A stretch of 64,000 nt of DNA, taken from the NCBI GenBank assembly GCA_963677235.2, contig CAXXPP010000004.1, forward strand, positions 1,505,888 through 1,569,887, read 5' to 3'. Each line of letters begins with the position of its first letter. The stretch's first letter is position 1. The stretch comes from an uncultured Draconibacterium sp. Lineage in GTDB: Bacteria; Bacteroidota; Bacteroidia; Bacteroidales; Prolixibacteraceae. The notes beneath the pieces are model-generated. The model worked only from the letters and a program-made list of their open reading frames with translations, made no database searches and was not told the origin of the DNA. The translations under genes and the position numbers were made by a program. Positions 37,810 to 47,743 of this stretch are shown here, one piece after another.

Positions 37810-38365
37810 TAATCCACCTTCTGAGAAGGTGGGCTTGCAGGAGCCCCTATAAGGGGCCAAAGTTGAGCCGCTGTTGCTCTTCAATACGTTCTTGCTCTTC
37901 TTGATACTTGACATACTTCTTGATTTTTTCTTCGTCAAGACCAACGGTGTCGACACAGTATCCTCTGGACCAAAAGTGATTCCCCCAATAAGGTTTCACT
38001 TTCAATTGAGGATATGTTTTGAATATTTTGATGGCAGTCTTACCTTTCATGATTCCCATCAATTTGGATATTGACAGTTTGGGAGGGACACTAACAATCA
38101 GATGAATATGATCTTTTTGAATATTCACCTCTGTCAGTTCACAACCTTTCCACTCTATCAATGTCCGAATATCGTTGTTCAACATTTCTTTGACAAGACC
38201 TTCAAGAACGCGGTATCGATACTTCGGTGTCCAAACAATATGATATGTGCACCGATAAATGACATGGCTTAGCTTTTTGAAATTGCTCATGTCACTAAGT
38301 TAAAATATTTCAGGTAAAACCGATTAAACATTACCACCACCAAAGGAGGTGGGTTTTTAATTTAT
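37810..38365 (-). mobile_element. IS200-type element (tnpA only)
   Basis: Subterminal hairpins CCACCTTCT-G-AGAAGGTGG (~37814) and CCACC...GGTGG (~38334-38352) flank a Y1 transposase. Ends are approximate. Confidence 0.75.
37847..38290 (-). CDS. tnpA: IS200/IS605 family transposase
   Basis: YHIVWTPKYR, DHIH (HUH), FWSRGYCVDTVG, YVKYQ. Confidence 0.95.
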   Translation of the reverse strand: MSNFKKLSHVIYRCTYHIVWTPKYRYRVLEGLVKEMLNNDIRTLIEWKGCELTEVNIQKDHIHLIVSVPPKLSISKLMGIMKGKTAIKIFKTYPQLKVKPYWGNHFWSRGYCVDTVGLDEEKIKKYVKYQEEQERIEEQQRLNFGPL

Positions 38366-38382
38366 ACTAAAAATTTAAAAAA

Positions 38383-38788
38383 ATGAAAACAAAAATCAAT
38401 ACAATTTTACTTACAGTTATTTTTTCTGTGTTAACAAACATTAACCTGATTGCGCAAAACGAAAATAAGATTCAAAAAAAAACAAACTAAAATAGATGTA
38501 TATTATTTTCATTTTAATACACGATGCGAAACCTGCCGTGCGGTTGAATCGGAAGCTCAACAAGATATAAAAGAACTGTTTGGCAAGGATGTAAGTTTTT
38601 CCGCGTATAATCTTGACGACGTTACCGGTGATAAAAAAGGGCACGAATTGGGAGTGAATAGCCAGATGTTGCTCGTTGTTAAAGGAGACAAACGAGTTGA
38701 CCTGACCAATGAAGGATTTATGTATGCCCGTACCAATCCGGAAAAATTCAAAAAAATTATTGAAGAAAAAATTAAACCGCTTCTGTAA
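38383..38788 (+). pseudogene. arsF: ArsF-family (nitroreductase subunit) protein, frameshifted in an A9 tract
   Basis: A signal peptide from ATG 38383 ends at TAA just after A9 (38474-38482). The mature domain VYYFHFNTRCETC is in the +1 frame. This may be a sequencing error. Confidence 0.65.
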
Positions 38789-38789
38789 C

Positions 38790-39491
38790 GTGGAAGAGTT
38801 TTTAACCGGCCTGCTCGAAAATAGTTCTGCCCCTTTTATTACCGCTCTGATATTGGGATTGATGACTGCCATCAGCCCTTGTCCCCTGGCAACTAATATT
38901 ACAGCCATAGGTTTTATTGGTAAAAATATTGAAGACCGCAATCGTGTTTTTTATAACGGGCTGGTATACACTTTGGGACGGGCACTTTCATATACCATAC
39001 TCGCACTGATTATTTTTCTTGGAGCCGACCAGTTTAAGTTATCCGGGACATTTCAGCGCTATGGGGAGAAGATTATCGGACCATTGCTAATATTAATCGG
39101 TTTTTTTATGCTTGATATCCTGAAGTTGAAATTCCCGGGAGTACAAAGATTCACCAAACAATTCGAAGAAAAAGGTATCAAAAGTTACCGTGACGTATTA
39201 ATGCTTGGAATCTTATTTGCACTGGCTTTTTGCCCATACAGCGGAGTACTTTATTTTGGCATGCTGATTCCGATAACTATCAGTAGTGCTTCGGGATTAT
39301 ATCTACCTATTGTTTTTGCCATTGCAACGGGTGTCCCTGTAATTATTTTCGCCTGGTTAATCGCTTACACATTATCTGGTGTGGGCACAGTTTATAACAA
39401 ACTGAAAACTTTTGAAATTTGGTTCCGCAGAATTATTTCTATACTATTTATTTCTGTGGGCATTTATTATATAATCATAGTCTATTTTTAA
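38790..39491 (+). CDS. arsG: ArsG family aromatic aminoarsenical efflux permease
   Basis: TAISPCPLATNI, YTLGR, ALAFCPYSG; GTG start at 38790. Confidence 0.8.
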   Translation: MEEFLTGLLENSSAPFITALILGLMTAISPCPLATNITAIGFIGKNIEDRNRVFYNGLVYTLGRALSYTILALIIFLGADQFKLSGTFQRYGEKIIGPLLILIGFFMLDILKLKFPGVQRFTKQFEEKGIKSYRDVLMLGILFALAFCPYSGVLYFGMLIPITISSASGLYLPIVFAIATGVPVIIFAWLIAYTLSGVGTVYNKLKTFEIWFRRIISILFISVGIYYIIIVYF

Positions 39492-39502
39492 TTTTTTTCA
39501 TT

Positions 39503-40588
39503 ATGTCATTCGTAAAAACACGAACTACTCAATTTATTGAACCCCAGAGGCCCAATAAGCAAATCCGGCTAATTGCCTCCATTTTAATTGTTTTACCTGC
39601 TTTGCTGTTACTATACAATTTTTTAGTTCCTGTTGCCGATTTTTTTGTTTACAAACTATTTGGAATAACGCCCCATACACATTGGGCTGAATCGCTTCAC
39701 TTTTTTATTTATGATACGCTGAAAATACTGATTCTATTGTTTTTAATCAGTTCGCTAATGGGCGTGGTAAATGCTTATTTCCCGGTTGAACGTTTGCGCA
39801 CATACCTAACCACAAAAAAAATGTATGGCCTGCAATATCTGTTTGCTTCGTTTTTTGGAGCTGTCACTCCATTTTGTTCCTGTTCTTCCATTCCACTATT
39901 TATCGGTTTTGTGAATGGCGGTATCCCACTTGGTGTAACCTTTTCTTTTTTAATTACTTCACCATTGGTAAACGAAGTAGCCGTTGCCATGTTCTTGGGA
40001 TTGTTCGGAATTAAGGCAACATTTATTTATGCCGGAAGTGGAATTTTACTTGGGATATCGGGTGGTTTTCTGCTTGGGAAATTGAGACTCGACCGCTACC
40101 TCAGTGACTGGGTAAAACAAATTCAGGTCAACTCGGTACAAACCAATCAACAGTGGGAAGCTGAAAAAACATCGTTTATCGGCCGTTTGCCAGGCATCAT
40201 CCGGGAAGGTTGGAATATTGTGCGGAAAGTACTTATATATGTACTTATCGGAATTGCTATTGGCGCGGTTATGCACGGTTTTGTCCCCGAAAATTTCTTT
40301 ACAGGTTATCTCTCTGCTGACAAATGGTATGCTGTGCCACTTGCTGTAGTACTTGCAGTTCCCATGTATGCAAATGCTGCCGGAATTGTTCCCATAATCC
40401 AGGTATTTGTGGCTAAAGGTGTACCGTTAGGAACGGCTATTGCCTTTATGATGGCTGTTGTGGGGCTCTCACTTCCCGAAGCCACACTCCTGAAGAAAGT
40501 CATGACATGGAAACTTATTGGTATTTTCTTTGGAACCATCAGTATTTTCATTGTATTGTTGGGCTATTTATTTAACTTGATATTATAA
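39503..40588 (+). CDS. arsP: ArsP-family permease
   Basis: TPFCSCSSIPLF, FLITSPLVNE, GLSLPE; start moved from 39419. Confidence 0.8.
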   Translation: MSFVKTRTTQFIEPQRPNKQIRLIASILIVLPALLLLYNFLVPVADFFVYKLFGITPHTHWAESLHFFIYDTLKILILLFLISSLMGVVNAYFPVERLRTYLTTKKMYGLQYLFASFFGAVTPFCSCSSIPLFIGFVNGGIPLGVTFSFLITSPLVNEVAVAMFLGLFGIKATFIYAGSGILLGISGGFLLGKLRLDRYLSDWVKQIQVNSVQTNQQWEAEKTSFIGRLPGIIREGWNIVRKVLIYVLIGIAIGAVMHGFVPENFFTGYLSADKWYAVPLAVVLAVPMYANAAGIVPIIQVFVAKGVPLGTAIAFMMAVVGLSLPEATLLKKVMTWKLIGIFFGTISIFIVLLGYLFNLIL

Positions 40589-40624
40589 AAACCGAAATTA
40601 TTTAACCACGTAAAAATTAAATCG

Positions 40625-41398
40625 ATGAAATTAAAACCACTTGGATTTATTGGCGGGGGAAGAATCACCAGAATTCTTCTTCAGGGGCTGTCAAACAAAA
40701 AAACTTTGCCCGAAATCGTAAAAGTGTACGAACCTAACGCAGAAATACTAAAGGCATTGCAAACTGAATTCCCCAAAGTCATAGCTGCAGATTCTGCGCT
40801 GGATGCTGCTACTCAGGAGCTTGTCTTCATCGCTGTTCATCCACCACTTGTGATGGATATTTTACAGGAGATTAAAGCTATTGTAAATGAATCAACAATT
40901 ATAATTTCACTGGCACCAAAAATCACACTAAAAAAGATGGCTGATGTGTTGCCAACAAATAAACTGGCAAGGATGATTCCCAATGCCACATCGTTTATCA
41001 ATGAGGGATACAATCCAATAACTTTTTCTCCTGATTTTCAAAAAGAAGAGAAAAAACAACTGATAAAACTGTTAAGAAAGTTGGGTAAAACTTTCGAAAC
41101 AGAAGAAGTTAAACTGGAGAGTTACGCCATTGCTTCGGCAATGTTGCCAACATATTTTTGGTTTCAGTGGCAGGAAATGGAAAAAATTGCACAGGAAATT
41201 GGAATGACTCAGGAGGAAGCAGAAAAAACGATTTCGTCAACATTGAAAAAAGCGCTGAAACTATATTATAAATCAGGGTTAAGTTCCGGACAAGTGCTGG
41301 ATTTAATCCCTGTAAAACCCATTGGCGAGAATGAACCTGAAATCAAAAATATTCTGAATACAAAACTGATAGGCTTATTTGAAAAAATCAAACCGTAA
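40625..41398 (+). CDS. NAD(P)-binding pyrroline-5-carboxylate reductase-like protein
   Basis: GFIGGGRIT Rossmann motif; RMIPNA. Confidence 0.75.
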   Translation: MKLKPLGFIGGGRITRILLQGLSNKKTLPEIVKVYEPNAEILKALQTEFPKVIAADSALDAATQELVFIAVHPPLVMDILQEIKAIVNESTIIISLAPKITLKKMADVLPTNKLARMIPNATSFINEGYNPITFSPDFQKEEKKQLIKLLRKLGKTFETEEVKLESYAIASAMLPTYFWFQWQEMEKIAQEIGMTQEEAEKTISSTLKKALKLYYKSGLSSGQVLDLIPVKPIGENEPEIKNILNTKLIGLFEKIKP

Positions 41399-41677
41399 AT
41401 GATGCTTAGGAAGTATACTCTCCTGGGACAGTACTAAATTTCTATTGGGATTGTTTTGTTGGCTTAATTATGAGGATAAATTGGATTTTGTTTCCGTCAA
41501 TATTTTCTTACCCAATAATAGGCCTTTTAGGAAACATTACAGAACTTGAACTATTTACATAATATTATTGAACAAGGAAAGAAAAGTGTGTTTCAGATAT
41601 ACAGGGTATATTTTTCAAACAGTATTTCTGTTAAACTCGGGTTGTAAACACCTAATACAAAATTAACAATTTATTTA

Positions 41678-41722
41678 GACGCATATATACATCATATAAT
41701 TTATTTGACGTATTTTTACATC
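41678..41722 (+). promoter_or_regulatory. Tandem putative ArsR operators
   Basis: GACGCA-TATA-TACATC and GACGTA-TTTT-TACATC immediately upstream of the second arsR. Confidence 0.5.
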
Positions 41723-41735
41723 AAATAATAATATA

Positions 41736-42068
41736 ATGGTACAATCAAAAACAGAATTGTTCGATAAAGAACTGGTTGATAAAGCAATGCTTTTTAAAGC
41801 GCTGGCACATCCTGCCCGACTTCGAATTCTGCAATTTCTTGCAGAAACACAATCGTGTATTACCGGTGATATTTCCGATGAGTTACCATTGGGAAGAACT
41901 ACTGTTAACCAGCATTTGAAAGAATTGAAGGATGCAGGCCTTATTCTGGGGCATATCGAAGGAGTTAGAACAAAGTATTGTCTTGCCCCTCAAAAAATGA
42001 AAGAGTTGAAAAATTCATTTCTGAACTTCTTGAATAATATAGAGATTGAAAATTATAAATGTGATTAA
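41736..42068 (+). CDS. arsR: ArsR/SmtB family regulator
   Basis: FKALAHPAR, TVNQHLKELK. Confidence 0.88.
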   Translation: MVQSKTELFDKELVDKAMLFKALAHPARLRILQFLAETQSCITGDISDELPLGRTTVNQHLKELKDAGLILGHIEGVRTKYCLAPQKMKELKNSFLNFLNNIEIENYKCD

Positions 42069-42069
42069 T

Positions 42070-42495
42070 ATGAAAATTTTAATATTATGTACTGGCAATA
42101 GCTGCCGAAGTCAAATGGCACATGGTTTTCTTCAATCGTTTGATAACAGGTTAAAAGTATTTTCCGGCGGAACAGAAGCATCCGGCAAACTAAACCAGAA
42201 AGCCGTAGAAGTTATGAAAGAAACTGGTATCGACATCAGCCAACACACTTCTGACTCTGTTGATTTATATCTGGACAAAGAGTGGGATTATGTAGTAACC
42301 GTTTGTGGTGGCGCCAATGAAAGTTGTCCGGCCTTTTTAGGAAAAGTAAAACACCGTCTGCATATTGGGTTTGATGATCCGTCTCATGCTACAGGGACAC
42401 CGGAGTTTATTCAAAGCGAATATTACCGTGTACGCGATGAAATAAAAGAAGCATTTTACAAATTGTATAAGGAAGAAATTTTGCCGCAATTATGA
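42070..42495 (+). CDS. arsC: Arsenate reductase (LMW-PTP type)
   Basis: [26 protein letters not shown]. Confidence 0.92.
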   Translation: MKILILCTGNSCRSQMAHGFLQSFDNRLKVFSGGTEASGKLNQKAVEVMKETGIDISQHTSDSVDLYLDKEWDYVVTVCGGANESCPAFLGKVKHRLHIGFDDPSHATGTPEFIQSEYYRVRDEIKEAFYKLYKEEILPQL

Positions 42496-43523
42496 CAATT
42501 GGAAAAAAACGAATCGGATTTTTCGAAAGATATCTTACCCTGTGGGTTGCAATTTGTATTGCGGTGGGGATTGGTATTGGTAATTTTACCGGAGACAGTA
42601 TTCAGGTTTTAAGCAATATGGAAATTTACAACGTAAATTTTCCTGTTGCCATTTTAATTTGGATGATGATTTACCCCATGATGCTTCAGATTGATTTTTC
42701 GAGTATAAAAGATGTGGGCAAACGTCCCAAAGGATTAATTCTGACAGTAGTAGTAAACTGGTTAATTAAACCATTTTCGATGGCGTTTTTTGCCTGGATA
42801 TTTTTCACAAAAATCTATGCTGCTTTTATTTCTCCTGAACAGGCTGGGGAATACCTGGCCGGTGCAATATTATTAGGAGCGGCTCCTTGTACAGCCATGG
42901 TATTTGTATGGAGCTATTTAACCGACGGCGACCCTAATTACACATTGGTGCAGGTTTCGGTTAACGACCTTATAATTTTAGTTGCATTTATTCCAATTGT
43001 CGGATTCCTTTTGGGTATAACAAATATTACAATTCCTTATAATACCTTAGCTGCAAGTATTGTTGTATTTGTAGTTGTTCCTCTTCTGGCAGGATTTATT
43101 ACCCACAAAATATTGATAAAAAGAAAAGGTAAAGATTGGTTCAAAAGCCATTTTCTCCCCAAATTTAAACCTGTTTCAATTATTGCTTTGCTATTTACAT
43201 TGATATTATTATTTGCATTCCAGGGAGATATTATTGTAAAAAATCCGATGATTATTCTGTTAGTAGCTATTCCACTTGTAATTCAAACTTACTTTGTATT
43301 TTTTATTGCCTGGTTTGGCGGAAGGAAATTAAAACTCCCCCATGCTGTTTGTTCTCCGGCAGCTATGATTGGAGCAAGCAACTTCTTTGAATTGGCTGTT
43401 GCTGTTGCCATTTCATTATTTGGATTACAATCACCGGCTGCATTGGTAACAGTAGTCGGAGTTTTGGTAGAGGTTCCGGTAATGTTGTCTTTAGTTGCAC
43501 TGGCCAACAGGTGGAAGTACTAA
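42492..43523 (+). CDS. acr3: ACR3 family arsenite efflux transporter
   Basis: [47 protein letters not shown]. Confidence 0.95.
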   Translation: MTIGKKRIGFFERYLTLWVAICIAVGIGIGNFTGDSIQVLSNMEIYNVNFPVAILIWMMIYPMMLQIDFSSIKDVGKRPKGLILTVVVNWLIKPFSMAFFAWIFFTKIYAAFISPEQAGEYLAGAILLGAAPCTAMVFVWSYLTDGDPNYTLVQVSVNDLIILVAFIPIVGFLLGITNITIPYNTLAASIVVFVVVPLLAGFITHKILIKRKGKDWFKSHFLPKFKPVSIIALLFTLILLFAFQGDIIVKNPMIILLVAIPLVIQTYFVFFIAWFGGRKLKLPHAVCSPAAMIGASNFFELAVAVAISLFGLQSPAALVTVVGVLVEVPVMLSLVALANRWKY

Positions 43524-43642
43524 TTTTTTTTCTGCTTTCATAAAACTGGCGCACAATTCAGAAAGAAACTAAATCTGTTTTTTCATGATTTGATAAAGGT
43601 TGTTATTATTGATTTTCTGATAATGCTTTTCTATAAAAATTG

Positions 43643-43670
43643 TCCCTGCCCCTTTTTAAGAAGCAGGGAT
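43643..43670. terminator. Hairpin between convergent genes
   Basis: TCCCTGC...GCAGGGA stem. Confidence 0.5.
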
Positions 43671-43706
43671 AACTTGCTATGGTTTATTTCCGAATTCCGG
43701 AAATAA

Positions 43707-46211
43707 CTACTTTTCCAGCATTTTAATAAAATAACCTCCCACAACAGAACGCGCCTGGAAACCAACCTGGGTTGCATCGGGTGTTTCGTACCAGTCGGAC
43801 ATAGGCACACGGTCAGGTGTTTCGGTTACAAAACCATACAAGGGATCGATAAACTGTTGGAAGGTAGCATTGTCGTCAGCCAGTGTGGCTGTCCAAACAA
43901 TCCAGTCGGCTTTGGTATAAGTCCTGCGGTTATCCAGCGGCAAACCATATTTGTTTTGTTTGGTTAAATAATACGCAATCTCTTTCTGCGCAACGTCTTC
44001 CGGGAAAATTCCAAGGTTTAGTAACTTATCCCAAACCAGGTTGTATTTCTGGCTCCAGGTTCCGGGCTGGTCAAACGTTAAACGGAAATGGTCGCCATCA
44101 TCTGCCATTTTTATCCATTCCTGCGCCATTTTTTTGGCTTCGGAAGTATATTTTTCTGCAATGTCCGTTTTTCCCAATGTTGCGGCCAGTTTTCCATACC
44201 CGGCAATTCCCATAATGGCTTTTGCCGAAAGGTTTACATTGTGCGCAAAATGCCCTGCAAAATCGTCGGTACACAGCTGGTTCTCCGGATCAAGGCCATT
44301 TTCCATCAGGTAATTTGCCCAGGTTGTTAACACATCCCAATGTTTCGCAGCGTAATCAGCATTTCCTTCCACATCCGCAATTGCGGTTGTTAGGATTATC
44401 ATGTTCCCGCACTCTTCCACCGGCATGTCGCCGCCATAGGTTTGCCCGTTGGCTTTGGGGTAAGTACCTACATCGTGCGCAGCAAATGGTTTTGTCCACT
44501 TCCCGCTTTCCGAATAATAAAAAATCGGGTTTAGCATCCCTTTTAACAGCTCTGGGTTGTATTTCAGGAATAAGGGGGCAGAAGGATAAGTAACATCTAC
44601 TGTTCCGATAGAACCGTTGCTGAAATTTTCTTTGGAAAGGAAAAGCGTGTTTCCTTCTTTGTCTTTTGTTAGTTTGTGGGCTGCAATAGACTGACGGTAA
44701 GCCAGCAAACAAAGCCGCGCATATTTCTCGCCTCCGGCTGCCAGCGCCTCATCATAAATCTTTGCATCAACAGCATTACATTTCGACATGATGCTTGCAT
44801 AATCGTTTGCAGCAGAAGTCAGGGCTTCGTCAAAGCTCACGGCCCCGTCTTTTGTCCACCAGGCCTTTAGGTTATCACCAAAATACTGAATGGATTCAAT
44901 ATCATCATAAGCCAGCATAACATAACCTTTGGCCGGTTTTGAAGAAACTTTTCCAAGGTTGTCAGCACATGCCAGTACCGGCATCGACTTTGACATAACT
45001 GTAGTGATTGTATTTTCAGATGGATTCAATGTTCCGCTTTCGGCAAATGATTTTTTCATGGCATCAAAGCCGCCAATTGCTATTGAGTTGCTTTCTTTTT
45101 CCTGTGCTGCCAAATAAAAGTAGCCCCAATCGATACGCACATTATCTCCTTTTTTCTCCAGAATTGGTTGCTCCGTAGTTCCGGCTTTAGCAAAACTGAT
45201 GTTGCCGGTTTTACCGGTTGTTACTTCTACTTCCTGGCTCAGTTCATTTATGGCCCATTCGGGAGTTGCTTCAAAATAAACCTCTACTTCATGATTTTCC
45301 CCATCGTTGGATGCCACCTCATAGTTAATATAATTCACAGGACGGGAAAGGATTTCCAAATTATCCATCAACAAAGGCGAAACAAATTCTACATCCAGAT
45401 TTACAGGGCCGCAGGTAAAGTTGTATTTGGTTTGAGTAGCTGTAATCTTTACACTGTTCTGAACAGCAGTTTGTTCAAATACCTGTTTCTGGTCGCTTTC
45501 TTTAAAAATACCAAAATCAACATAAGCCAGTCCGCCACGATCGAGGCAGTGTGCTGCAATTACATTTTTGCCATTAACGTTTAACAAACTTTTATCCAGC
45601 TCCAGCACCACATTGCTTTTGGCGTGGTTTCCGGTATTTACAATCTCTGTTCCGTTGAGGTAAAGCTCAAAATCATCATCGTGCGAGTAAACCAGGTATA
45701 ACTTGGAAGCACCACTTCCGGGCAGGATAAATTCCCGGCGGACCCAAATTTCAGGTGTATCCCAAACGGTATTGGCCTGATCCATTCCTTTGGTCCCAAA
45801 AGCGGCTGCAGCAGTTTTCCAGTTATTGTCATTAAAATCTGATTTTTCCCAGCCTGCCTTTGGCTTTTTGGTTACAAACTTTCCCTGCCATGCTTCGTAT
45901 TTCGCATTGGGAAGAACCGGTTCCATTGGGATTTCTTCTTTGCCAAGAAAACGGTATGCTTGTCCATCAACCCGCACAGCCCCGATTAGTGAGTGATTAC
46001 GTCCGGTCCAGTGTTTCACAGGCGAACCGAAAAGCTGGTCGGTGGTTGACCAGGCGCTCATATACGGATCGACAGTGATTAGCGGGTAAGCCGGTGCGCG
46101 AAACTCTACCCCTGCTTCTTCCTTTTGTGGTGGTGCCTGGGTGGAACATGCCCCCAGAAAAACTCCGGCAGCAAAAATTATAAGTATTCGATTTAAAGTT
46201 GATTTAAACAT
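43707..46211 (-). CDS. Glutaminase A-like / DUF5127-DUF4965 lipoprotein
   Basis: RAPAYPLITVDPY, SKENFSNG, TVDVTYPSAP, MPVEECGNM, QLCTDDFAG, WSQKYNLVWD. Confidence 0.85.
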   Translation of the reverse strand: MFKSTLNRILIIFAAGVFLGACSTQAPPQKEEAGVEFRAPAYPLITVDPYMSAWSTTDQLFGSPVKHWTGRNHSLIGAVRVDGQAYRFLGKEEIPMEPVLPNAKYEAWQGKFVTKKPKAGWEKSDFNDNNWKTAAAAFGTKGMDQANTVWDTPEIWVRREFILPGSGASKLYLVYSHDDDFELYLNGTEIVNTGNHAKSNVVLELDKSLLNVNGKNVIAAHCLDRGGLAYVDFGIFKESDQKQVFEQTAVQNSVKITATQTKYNFTCGPVNLDVEFVSPLLMDNLEILSRPVNYINYEVASNDGENHEVEVYFEATPEWAINELSQEVEVTTGKTGNISFAKAGTTEQPILEKKGDNVRIDWGYFYLAAQEKESNSIAIGGFDAMKKSFAESGTLNPSENTITTVMSKSMPVLACADNLGKVSSKPAKGYVMLAYDDIESIQYFGDNLKAWWTKDGAVSFDEALTSAANDYASIMSKCNAVDAKIYDEALAAGGEKYARLCLLAYRQSIAAHKLTKDKEGNTLFLSKENFSNGSIGTVDVTYPSAPLFLKYNPELLKGMLNPIFYYSESGKWTKPFAAHDVGTYPKANGQTYGGDMPVEECGNMIILTTAIADVEGNADYAAKHWDVLTTWANYLMENGLDPENQLCTDDFAGHFAHNVNLSAKAIMGIAGYGKLAATLGKTDIAEKYTSEAKKMAQEWIKMADDGDHFRLTFDQPGTWSQKYNLVWDKLLNLGIFPEDVAQKEIAYYLTKQNKYGLPLDNRRTYTKADWIVWTATLADDNATFQQFIDPLYGFVTETPDRVPMSDWYETPDATQVGFQARSVVGGYFIKMLEK

Positions 46212-46598
46212 AAAGGTTATTTCTAATGTGATTACAAAATTTTTTTGTCATAAAACTTAATTAAACGATAGGCCTTTTGATATTGACGATTATCGAAAGA
46301 TAATACAACGAGTAGATGTATATTTCCACTCCTTTGTATTCTTCTATTTACTCTCTGAAAAACGATTTCTCATTTCTCTACAATAAGCTTTATAAAAGAT
46401 ATACTCAATTGTATTTCTACAAGAACAGAAGGGGGAAACAACATTATCATTAAAAGAACAACTTAAATTTATATCTAGCTATGCTGTTAATTCACTTCTT
46501 TAAAATTCAAGAATATTATTATTTCCTATTTAGAGAATCATTTTGAAAATATTCTATTAAATACTCAGCATTTTGTAGAATTCGTGATATAATGCTTG

Positions 46599-47633
46599 TT
46601 AATGAACAATGGAAAATTGAGACAATATCCCCTTATGATCAGAGGGCCAATTTCCTTCATAATTGAAAAATGGGTCTTCTGTATTTTCGACTGCACGTAT
46701 TCCCCTTATTATTGAACAATTGGGTCCAACAATAATAGATGAATCGATCACAATTGAATTTTCTTTGTGGAAAAAGATAAAATCGATCCGGTCCCGTTCG
46801 TCGGCATCCGGTGCCCATGATAATTCATCGATAGAAACCAAAGGATTATCGGCTGGCCAAGTGAATCCAGGATGCGTTTGGGGATTAGGAAACTTTTCCC
46901 GATAGGCATCGATAAATCCATTCTTCTCCAAAGCCGAAGTACAATACCAAGTAATTACGGTGCCATTATGTGAAAATAAATCCTTCGTTGCTTCGCCCCA
47001 GTCAAGGTGTGACGGTTCATTAAAATCTCCGGCTACAACAATAATACTCCCCTTTTTTAATTCTGAATTAGTATCTTTTATCAGTGTATTTATTTGTTCA
47101 TCTCTATAGGATTCTAAATTAAAAGCCAAGATCTCACCTACCTCTGTTTTCGGGCTTTCCATTTTTTTCCAGCTTTGACCATTATAACCTCGCGGTAAAA
47201 ACGCACCATAATGTAACCAGTCTAAATGAGCTGCATATAATTTCAGTTTTATGTCATTCACATTTATGCTTGCCTTCAAAATTCCATTGTGTCCAGTAGA
47301 TGGTGAATAAACATAACTTTGATCTTCAATTGGAAATTTTGAAAGTATACCGCAATCCTCACTCGGAATACAATAGTAAGTATGTTGCTTTGATTGAAGA
47401 TTGTTGGTAAGAGAAACCATAAACTCGCTGTTAACCTCATTTAACGTAACAAAGTCAGCATCAGTTTGCAAAATAACATTTGCTGTTGCATCTATTCCGT
47501 TTTCAATCTTTGTACCTCCCATCCAGACATTAAGCTGTAAAATCTTAAATTGATTTTTATCCTGTCCAAAACAAATATTTTGTACTACTAATAAAAGAAG
47601 AATATAAAAAATTGATTGATATCTTGCCATCAT
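46599..47633 (-). CDS. Endonuclease/exonuclease/phosphatase family protein
   Basis: LQLNVW, GDFNEPSH, DRIDFI, WPSDH. Confidence 0.88.
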   Translation of the reverse strand: MMARYQSIFYILLLLVVQNICFGQDKNQFKILQLNVWMGGTKIENGIDATANVILQTDADFVTLNEVNSEFMVSLTNNLQSKQHTYYCIPSEDCGILSKFPIEDQSYVYSPSTGHNGILKASINVNDIKLKLYAAHLDWLHYGAFLPRGYNGQSWKKMESPKTEVGEILAFNLESYRDEQINTLIKDTNSELKKGSIIVVAGDFNEPSHLDWGEATKDLFSHNGTVITWYCTSALEKNGFIDAYREKFPNPQTHPGFTWPADNPLVSIDELSWAPDADERDRIDFIFFHKENSIVIDSSIIVGPNCSIIRGIRAVENTEDPFFNYEGNWPSDHKGILSQFSIVH

Positions 47634-47743
47634 TTTTCTTATTTAAATAATTTCATAGAAAAATCGGCTACCTTACCAAAATAAAATACATCACATAAAC
47701 TATTCTATTTTAGCAAGATAGCAAAATCGCCCAAAATGGGAAC

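Noticed and set aside
37810-38365. IS605-type element with TnpB and omega RNA
   Set aside because: Only tnpA lies between the hairpins, leaving no room for tnpB.
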